Part shown: piece after piece, positions 8,319 to 14,478 of the stretch
Position numbering within the stretch: the stretch's first letter is position 1
Layout of the letters: the number at the start of each line of letters is the position of its first letter
The notes under the pieces: generated by a model
What the model saw: only the letters and a program-made list of their open reading frames with translations
Databases searched by the model: none
What the model was told of the DNA's origin: nothing
Source of the DNA: an uncultured bacterium
GTDB lineage: Bacteria; Hydrothermota; UBA3073; NMUJ01; CBEVQO01
Reading direction: 5' to 3'
Assembly: GCA_965552055.1 (NCBI GenBank)
Contig: CBEVQO010000012.1
Coordinates: 1-14,478, forward strand
Length of the DNA stretch: 14,478 nucleotides
Position numbers and translations under genes: made by a program

Positions 8319-9267
8319 CTCCTTTTAAAAAGTTCTCATCATTTATTAAAGGTCTCTTATTACAACCATTTGCATCCATTATCCACAGTCCGTTTACCTT
8401 TCTACTCGCATAAATTATCTTTTTACCATCGGGTGACCAGTTCGCATCACTACCTGCTGCAAGTGGAACAGGATCTGAGCCATCTGAATCCATAACCCAG
8501 ACCATAGGACCCTCACCAGGTCTCTGCGCAACAAACAGAATCTTTGTGCCATTGGGAGAGTAACGTAGCTCGCTAAACTGGAAGATATCCAAATTTTCAC
8601 CATCTAATAATACAGTGTAGCCTTCTCCTAAGGTATCTGCATAAGCAATCACAGGATGCTCACCTTTCCAGTCCACAAAGATTAGGTGCTCGCCGTCAGG
8701 AGACCAACTTGGGTAATTCCATCCCCACTTTCCGACCATTCGCTTTTTGGTTCCATCTGAATTAATCATCCATATGCCCGCAGAATCTCCTAAGGGTACA
8801 TGATACACAATCTTTTTCCCGTCGGGTGACCATCTTGGATAGAAGTTTTCGCCCGCATCAGTAAGTTGAACAAGACTATCGCCATGCAACCATAACTTCC
8901 ATATAGCCTTACCCATGGAGAACACCAGCCACTCTCCATCAGGAGATATATCAAGGTCATACGGACAAGGTATCTGAGTAAAATAACCTGTCAAAACCGC
9001 ATGAAACGTGGAGTCTTCGAGATCGTAAATATAAATCCCCTGTGTGTCCTTCCTTGGATTATCAATCAAATTATAGGGGTCACTATCATATACAAAAATA
9101 ATGAAAGTTTCATCGGGTGAAAAAACAGCATAGTGATAACTGGAAGTCTCCCACACACTGCCAGGCTCTTCTGTGCAATAGTGCTTTCGAGAAATAGGAC
9201 AACCACTAATTAGCAAGACAGCCATCAAAATCGCCATTTTCTTAAGTTCATTGTAGGCCATTTTCAT
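8308..9267 (-). CDS. TolB-like (PD40 repeat) beta-propeller lipoprotein, paralog 1
   Basis: Lipobox LLISG|C and repeated (F/W/I/Y)SP(D/N)G motifs. ATGA coupling on both sides. Confidence 0.88.
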   Translation of the reverse strand: MKMAYNELKKMAILMAVLLISGCPISRKHYCTEEPGSVWETSSYHYAVFSPDETFIIFVYDSDPYNLIDNPRKDTQGIYIYDLEDSTFHAVLTGYFTQIPCPYDLDISPDGEWLVFSMGKAIWKLWLHGDSLVQLTDAGENFYPRWSPDGKKIVYHVPLGDSAGIWMINSDGTKKRMVGKWGWNYPSWSPDGEHLIFVDWKGEHPVIAYADTLGEGYTVLLDGENLDIFQFSELRYSPNGTKILFVAQRPGEGPMVWVMDSDGSDPVPLAAGSDANWSPDGKKIIYASRKVNGLWIMDANGCNKRPLINDENFLKGGAK

Positions 9268-10372
9268 TCCTCATCTCCTTTCAAGAAGTTTTCATCATTT
9301 ATTAAAGGTCTCTTATTACAACCATTTGCATCCATTATCCACAGTCCGTTTACCTTTCTACTCGCATAAATTATCTTTTTACCATCGGGTGACCAGTTCG
9401 CATCACTACCTGCTGCAAGTGGAACAGGATCTGAGCCATCTGAATCCATAACCCAGACCATAGGACCCTCACCAGGTCTCTGCGCAACAAACAGAATCTT
9501 GGAACCGTTGGGAGAGTATCTGGGCATCTTAATATGATCTATGGCTCCGATGTCCTCCATTTCAAGAATTTTTTGGATATTTTTCCCGGATGTATCGGCA
9601 TGATAAACACTCCCGCCCAAACCTACATATAAAAAACCCTCCCCATCAGGAGACCAGTCTGGATAAATACCATTTAATATCCACCGTTTATTTTTCCCAT
9701 CGCTATCCATGAGCCATACTCCTGCAGAATCCACGGGTAAAAGTTTGTGAAACACAATCTTTTTTCCATCTGGTGACCACCTTGGGTAGAAGTTTTCACC
9801 GGCATCAGTAAGTTGGACTAGACTATCGCCACGCAACCACAACTTCCATATAGCCTTCCCCATGGAGAACACCAGCCACTCTCCATCAGGAGATATATCA
9901 AGGTCATACGGACAAGGTATCTGAGTAAAATAACCTGTCAAAACCGCATGAAACGTGGAGTCTTCGAGATCGTAAATATAAATCCCCTGTGTGTCCTTCC
10001 TTGGATTATCAATCAAATTATAGGGGTCACTATCATATACAAAAATAATGAAAGTTTCATCGGGTGAAAAAACAGCATAGTGATAACTGGAAGTCTCCCA
10101 CACACTGCCAGGCTCTTCTGTGCAATAGTGCTTTCGAGAAATAGGACAACCACTAATTAGCAAGACAGCCATCAAAATCGCCATTTTCTTAAGTTCATTG
10201 TAGGCCATTTTCATTCCTCATCTCCTTTCAAGAAGTTTTCATCATTTATTAAAGGTCTCTTATTACAACCATTTGCATCCATTATCCACAGTCCGTTTAC
10301 CTTTCTACTCGCATAAATTATCTTTTTACCATCGGGTGACCAGTTCGCATCACTACCTGCTGCAAGTGGAAC
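8336..10372 (-). repeat. Tandem duplication of the TolB-like gene (two full copies plus a 3' remnant)
   Basis: 8912-9425 equals 9859-10372 (514 bp identical, period 947). 8336-8544 equals 9292-9500 (209 bp identical). Confidence 0.95.
9264..10214 (-). CDS. TolB-like (PD40 repeat) beta-propeller lipoprotein, paralog 2
   Basis: Same lipobox and SPDG repeats. Near-identical to paralog 1 at both ends and divergent in the central ~80 aa. Confidence 0.88.
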   Translation of the reverse strand: MKMAYNELKKMAILMAVLLISGCPISRKHYCTEEPGSVWETSSYHYAVFSPDETFIIFVYDSDPYNLIDNPRKDTQGIYIYDLEDSTFHAVLTGYFTQIPCPYDLDISPDGEWLVFSMGKAIWKLWLRGDSLVQLTDAGENFYPRWSPDGKKIVFHKLLPVDSAGVWLMDSDGKNKRWILNGIYPDWSPDGEGFLYVGLGGSVYHADTSGKNIQKILEMEDIGAIDHIKMPRYSPNGSKILFVAQRPGEGPMVWVMDSDGSDPVPLAAGSDANWSPDGKKIIYASRKVNGLWIMDANGCNKRPLINDENFLKGDEE

Positions 10373-10378
10373 CCTCAT
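10211..10378 (-). pseudogene. 3' remnant of a third TolB-like copy, fused in frame to an ATG just downstream of the promoter (55 aa)
   Basis: 10211-10372 is identical to 9264-9425. The frame opens at ATG 10378: MRVPLAAGSDANWSPDGKKIIYASRKVNGLWIMDANGCNKRPLINDENFLKGDEE*. Confidence 0.85.
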
Positions 10379-10386
10379 TCTTATTT

Positions 10387-10415
10387 ATTATAATCGAAAA
10401 AAAAAAAGTTGTCAA
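10387..10415 (-). promoter_or_regulatory. Perfect sigma70 consensus promoter with a T11 tract in the spacer (copy 2)
   Basis: TTGACA (10415-10410), 17-bp spacer, TATAAT (10392-10387). 10383-10418 is identical to 1376-1411 (36 bp). Confidence 0.9.
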
Positions 10416-10441
10416 GCTAAAATTAAAATCTTTCATTTTCA

Positions 10442-11281
10442 TCATTGATGACAAGAATATGAGAAAGAATCTGCGGGTACAAAAGCAGAGAAGAAATCGC
10501 CGTTAGCAGGTTCTCCGGGATAGAGATGCCTCTGCCCATAGATATAAAATCCATTATGTAATTTATCATAATCCCACTCTATTTTCAATATTCGCTCAAC
10601 GATTTGATGTGCTTTTAAATCATTAACAGGATAGAAATAATTGGGCTGACATTTTACGGAATCGGAAAATGCAGAAGCATGCCCCTTATCATCAATTGCC
10701 CTAACCTTAAAGTAATACTCTTTGTGGTAATCAAGGTTATCAACAATTGCACAGGTAGTATCACTAACGGTATCAACCTGCCACTCGCCACCAGCAGGCT
10801 TATACCATATTTCATAGCCCGTATTCTTCTTTGAGTTATCGCACCACTCGAGTTTTACTTCGAAATAGAAAAGGGTAGAAGCGGTGAGTGAGGTGGGGAA
10901 ATTTAATCTTAATAGCGACCATCTATAGACATGCACACTCCATGAATCTATTGTGTCTCTTAAAATCAAACTATCTACATTTAATTTTCTGTTTTCAAAC
11001 ATTACTTCGACTTCTATGTTTTTACAAATAATGGATCTATCCTCTCGGAACTGAAAAATAGGTTTAAGTTCAACGAATTTAGTCGTACAGGATGGGTTAG
11101 CCACAAATAAATAACGGTATCCTTCATAGGTCTTGGTCATTAAATCAACTGGTGGGACACTTTCGATAGGATAAGGAATATCCTGTGCAGTAAAAACATT
11201 TGTGAGATATCGTAATTCATTTCTAACGAGTTTTTTAACAACCTTCCAGGAAGGATAATGCAACCTGTGAACCCAGCTGAA
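10442..11281 (-). pseudogene. In-frame continuation of the 11282-12463 gene after a single TGA: end of barrel, beta-domain and truncated FN3 stalk
   Basis: Same frame as 12463 (12463-11263 = 1200). It reads …GAKGLW*FSWVHRLHYPSWKVVK…. The track ORF 10442-11263 starts at a TTG with no evident RBS. Stalk homology ends at about 10458 (…DSFSY). Confidence 0.8.
10458..10897 (-). repeat. Shared FN3 stalk, copy C
   Basis: Contains the 301-bp exact match to 5982-6282. It aligns further to copy A (from 1623) with a 15-bp insertion. Confidence 0.95.
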
Positions 11282-12463
11282 TCACCATAAACCTTTTGCA
11301 CCATTTATAATGGCATCATATGCTTCGAATCTCGCATTATTATATTTAAGTATAAAGGGACAATAGATAAAAGGGGACGGACAAGTATCAAAACAAGTTG
11401 CTTCGAGTTCTATCCATATGGGCTTATTTGGTGCGACATTTTTCAGCATGTTAATAAAAGTCTTTATTTGTCTGAGATAATGGAAATTGGGATTACCTTT
11501 CCACATCCTTTCGAGATGTCTCCAATTGGCTGGATAAATGTTTATACTAATTACATCAGCAGCTTCGCTATATTTCGCCCAATCTCTATAAACATGCTTC
11601 ATCGCACTATCAAAGCTTACACCACTATTTACCATCATCGGATGTGCACATGCAAACCTCATAATAACAATATGATTCGGATCCCACTTTTTTACAGTAC
11701 CATACATCTCTTTAATGTCATTATATCTTTTTTCTAACATTTCATCATTATAATTTCTTTCAAAATGCCAGCAGATAAAAATCATAGTATCAGTATCTGT
11801 AATTACAGTCTCAGGTGGCCAATCAGACATCCACGAATAATCGTAATCAGGTCGAAGGTTTTTTATCGTATCTCCATACAACAGCCAGCCCGTTATGTTC
11901 CATACAAGTTCTTGATAATTCATATACCCTATAAATGACTTGCGCCAAGCCGCATTGTCTAAAATATTTCTCAACCAGCTACATTTAATTTTGACAATAG
12001 AATCATGAGATAGAGGCAATAAAGTTTTGGTATCAAGCCAGTGTGGCCCAGGATAACCCCTTCCATAAAAATCAGGCAAAAAAGGTGAATCATCAGAAAT
12101 TAAATAAATGCCATATTGTTCAAGAGTGTCTATCCAGTCAAAAGTAGGTTCTACATAAATTGAGCGGATAACTCCATCATTAGGATCCATACGATATTCC
12201 TTTATTTCCATTGGACCACTTAAAATTTTATGCATCTCATACCCGTTTGCATTATAGGGGTGACACGCTGTGTAAAGATTTACCATATTAAAACCACATG
12301 CTTTTAATGTCTCACATGCCTGAGTTACTGAATATAACTCGTATAATGATCTGGCACCAGGGAAATAAGCAACCCCTAGCGGGAAAAACGGTTCGCCATC
12401 CAATAGCATTACCCCATCTTCTCTAAAACATACATTTGCCATTAAAAGAAAAATTACCACCAT
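11282..12463 (-). CDS. Putative glycoside-hydrolase-like TIM-barrel protein, N-terminal part of an interrupted gene
   Basis: Motifs DGEPFFPLGV, GFNMVN, DPNHIV, ADVISINIYP, KPIWIELE and AIINGAKGL follow the strand pattern of clan GH-A-like barrels. Short hydrophobic leader; RBS GGGGG. The family cannot be assigned by eye. Confidence 0.65.
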   Translation of the reverse strand: MVVIFLLMANVCFREDGVMLLDGEPFFPLGVAYFPGARSLYELYSVTQACETLKACGFNMVNLYTACHPYNANGYEMHKILSGPMEIKEYRMDPNDGVIRSIYVEPTFDWIDTLEQYGIYLISDDSPFLPDFYGRGYPGPHWLDTKTLLPLSHDSIVKIKCSWLRNILDNAAWRKSFIGYMNYQELVWNITGWLLYGDTIKNLRPDYDYSWMSDWPPETVITDTDTMIFICWHFERNYNDEMLEKRYNDIKEMYGTVKKWDPNHIVIMRFACAHPMMVNSGVSFDSAMKHVYRDWAKYSEAADVISINIYPANWRHLERMWKGNPNFHYLRQIKTFINMLKNVAPNKPIWIELEATCFDTCPSPFIYCPFILKYNNARFEAYDAIINGAKGLW

Positions 12464-12472
12464 ATTCCCCCT

Positions 12473-13810
12473 TTATTTTAACTTTATAAACTTCTGCTTA
12501 TACAAATTCTTCTTACTTTTTACAATGAGTAAATAACTTCCAGGGAGCAATTTCCTCACATCAATCACATTCTTCAAATTACTTTTAAAACATAATCTAC
12601 CTGTAATATCGTATATCTCAATGTATCCGCACTGTGTTGATTCGTCTAATTGCAAATAAATTTTATTCTTCACAGGATTGGGATAAATTTTAATGACGGG
12701 GAGATATGATTTTTCTTCGATACCAAGGTACCGGCATGAATCACAAACTGAAATGTAAATAAAGTTTTTATCTAATCTTACATCCCAGAAAAATCCACAA
12801 CCATTTGGAGTTAATTCTGCCACTGGTATCCTTTCTATTACGGTATCCGCTTTGCTATCAATAATAGTCAATCCATAGCCTTCAATTAGCCAAATTTTAT
12901 CCAAACATGTATCTACAACTCCCCTCGGTAAATAGTAGGCATTTCCGAAAATAAAACCTATAGAAGTTATTTTTTTCTTTATTAAACTATCTTCTATTAA
13001 TGTTATAGCGAATAAATCAGACGACCCCCAAGCCTCACCTTTTGTTGTATATGTTATTATATTATTATTTTTATCGATGCATATAAGGTTTCCACATTGT
13101 TTAAGAGTATCGGTAATATAATAATAGACTCCTTTGTCATGCCAATGTTTTTTTCTTTCAAAGATATCATCGTCTCTAGTTAAGAGATGTGAAATTTTAC
13201 TTTTAACCACACCAATATTTTCGGGTACTAGCTGAACATAAATTTCATTTCTTGAGTTATTAAATAAAATTAATTGCATCCAAAGATATCCCCAGGTCTT
13301 AATGCTGCTATAGTGAAGGAATTTATCCTTAAAAGCATCCCATACAACGAAAAAATCATTGTTTATACAAAATAGTCTGTTTGAGCGTGAGTCAAATGAG
13401 TAAGGAGTGATTAAAACAACGGTGTCTTGAATTAGAAGTGAAGTATCGTTTATTATAAAAGTTCTTCCATCGGTGCACGCATATACTTTATTTAATTTCT
13501 TTACGGCAAAAACATTCCAAATCCATTCGCAATCCAAAAATTTTCTGAGTATAGTTCCGGAAGTATCTATTACCCTTAAGCCTTTCTTATATACAGTAAA
13601 ATAAAAGTGCCGAGAAACTGCACCTCCCAAATAAATTCTGCCATTAATCACATCGAATCTGCCTGGCATTGAAATTGGTAATATTTTTACAACTTCGTGA
13701 GTCTCCCTATCAAGCATCACAATGCAATCCGTGGCATACAGATGCGAAAAGAATGCCTCAATGCCTGTTATCAGAAGAATCATTCCCCAAAATAATTTAA
13801 ATTTACCCAT
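12473..13810 (-). CDS. Exported beta-propeller-like (YncE/YVTN-like) protein with T9SS type A C-terminal sorting domain
   Basis: The likely start is ATG 13810 after AGGAGG (the track gives 13828). Signal peptide ends …SHLYA. Beta-rich repeats (NKVYA, NRLFC, NEIYV, DKIWL). C-terminus GIEE…IYPNPVKNKIYLQ…EIYDITGR…PGSYLLIV…KFIKLK. Confidence 0.75.
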   Translation of the reverse strand: MGKFKLFWGMILLITGIEAFFSHLYATDCIVMLDRETHEVVKILPISMPGRFDVINGRIYLGGAVSRHFYFTVYKKGLRVIDTSGTILRKFLDCEWIWNVFAVKKLNKVYACTDGRTFIINDTSLLIQDTVVLITPYSFDSRSNRLFCINNDFFVVWDAFKDKFLHYSSIKTWGYLWMQLILFNNSRNEIYVQLVPENIGVVKSKISHLLTRDDDIFERKKHWHDKGVYYYITDTLKQCGNLICIDKNNNIITYTTKGEAWGSSDLFAITLIEDSLIKKKITSIGFIFGNAYYLPRGVVDTCLDKIWLIEGYGLTIIDSKADTVIERIPVAELTPNGCGFFWDVRLDKNFIYISVCDSCRYLGIEEKSYLPVIKIYPNPVKNKIYLQLDESTQCGYIEIYDITGRLCFKSNLKNVIDVRKLLPGSYLLIVKSKKNLYKQKFIKLK

Positions 13811-13826
13811 AATCTCCTCCTTATTC

Positions 13827-13853
13827 ATATTATGCGCCTACTCTTTTTGTCAA
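13827..13853 (-). promoter_or_regulatory. Probable sigma70 promoter at cassette junction
   Basis: TTGACA (13853-13848), 15-bp spacer, TAATAT (13832-13827), then AGGAGG and ATG 13810. The TGA inside TTGACA is the stop codon of the upstream ORF. Confidence 0.55.
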
Positions 13854-14478
13854 GAAAAAATTTCATCCGGATAATATGTTTTGATTTTAATATATTCTTT
13901 TTTTCCTTCGGTTTCAATCCATGCATAAGAGTATTGCGAGACACATGCAGGGCATCTGCCATTTTGCAATGGCTCTTCTCTGAAAGGAGCATTTAGGTTT
14001 TGAGATAGCCATATTTTACCCTGTTTTGTGAACATAAGCACAGGAGGGTCAAACTTCCTGTTGTTATTGGCAAATAATGCCTTGTCAACATCGCTCCACA
14101 CGGGGATTGAATATTCCTCGGTATATACCGTATCCGAAGCAATTTCATAATAGGGGTCGGGCTCTACCATTATTTTTTCGAAACAATACAACCGAAATTC
14201 ATATTTCCTGTAAGGCTGTGATGCAAATGTGTAATTTTGAGTATTTGATGACAAAAATACTTTTTGCCATGAATTTTCTCCTTCTTCTTTCCACATCAAT
14301 ACATAGTAATCTTCGTATTTTGAGTTGTCTTTCCATTTTAATTCAATCTCATCATAATAAATTGCATCGGCAACGAAGTTAGAAGGTGCATTGGGAACCA
14401 CTTTTGCAGATGTTGCACAGGTTTCGGAATAAATCGTATCCCCATCTCTCTCCAAATAAATTGCCTTTACTGTGATAT
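13850..14478 (-). CDS. 3' part of an FN3-stalk protein (start outside window), probably also truncated
   Basis: The frame is open to the window edge (…ITVKAIYLERDGDTIYSE…). A complete FN3 (PNAPSNF…W…YEFRLY) is followed by an 'ALFANNNRK' region. There is no sorting domain before the stop, which falls inside the promoter -35 box. Confidence 0.8.
   Translation of the reverse strand, partial: ITVKAIYLERDGDTIYSETCATSAKVVPNAPSNFVADAIYYDEIELKWKDNSKYEDYYVLMWKEEGENSWQKVFLSSNTQNYTFASQPYRKYEFRLYCFEKIMVEPDPYYEIASDTVYTEEYSIPVWSDVDKALFANNNRKFDPPVLMFTKQGKIWLSQNLNAPFREEPLQNGRCPACVSQYSYAWIETEGKKEYIKIKTYYPDEIFS
14316..14478 (-). repeat. Shared FN3 stalk, copy D (portion alignable within the window)
   Basis: About 93% identical to 1428-1590. 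Confidence 0.9.

Noticed and set aside
8308..10214. Calling these genes tolB
   Set aside because: They lack the TolB N-terminal domain, have a lipobox and lack tol-pal context. Only the PD40 propeller is shared.
1376..10418. 36-bp repeat as a CRISPR repeat, IS end or integron attC site
   Set aside because: There are only two copies, 9 kb apart, with no spacers, no long inverted-repeat structure, no target duplication and no cas, transposase or integrase gene. A promoter explains it fully.
5982..10897. Diversity-generating retroelement (template/variable repeat pair)
   Set aside because: The repeats are either identical or differ at all base types rather than only at adenines. All copies lie in coding stalks, and no reverse transcriptase is present in the window.
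11240..11284. Selenocysteine or genetic-code reassignment at the in-frame TGA
   Set aside because: The context predicts Trp, not Cys. Only a weak hairpin (CCTTC-CTG-GAAGG) follows. TGA serves as a real stop in the ATGA overlaps at 352, 8308 and 9264.
13811..13828. Track start at 13828 for the propeller-CTD gene, and the TTG start at 14455
   Set aside because: AGGAGG sits just before ATG 13810, and 13828 overlaps the putative -10 box. The 14455 frame continues open beyond the window.
167..14382. Short plus-strand ORFs (167, 539, 928, 968, 2091, 2696, 2710, 8313, 10273, 11468, 14077) and nested minus-strand ORFs (2440-2640, 8415-8603)
   Set aside because: They are shadows of long minus-strand genes, with no RBS or recognisable motifs. 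The similarity between the 8313 and 10273 ORFs simply reflects the TolB repeat.

Overview
AT-rich bacterial window in which every credible gene is on the minus strand and encodes an exported protein. Two proteins have T9SS/Por-type C-terminal sorting domains, while the genes use GGAGG ribosome-binding sites and TTGACA/TATAAT promoters, which suggests a non-Bacteroidota FCB-group organism such as WOR-3 (inference). Read in transcription order (right to left), the window is a tandem array of cassettes built as [TTGACA promoter] -> [intact partner gene(s)] -> [variable N-terminal hydrolase fused to a shared FN3 stalk]. The partners are a beta-propeller-CTD protein, TolB-like lipoproteins, a beta-helix-CTD protein and a HEAT-repeat protein. 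The hydrolases are a GH-like TIM barrel, an S8 protease, a clan GH-A glycosidase and an Amidase_6-type enzyme, whose C-terminus is off-window. The stalk occurs four times, with up to 301 bp of exact identity, and each copy breaks off at a different point just before the next cassette's promoter. Two of the truncated hydrolase genes carry further lesions (an in-frame TGA, and a probable frameshift at a G6 run), while the full-length partner genes are intact. The layout looks like a mirror image of a polymorphic-toxin orphan array, with swappable N-termini on a constant C-terminus. No recombinase, RNA gene or CRISPR array was seen.
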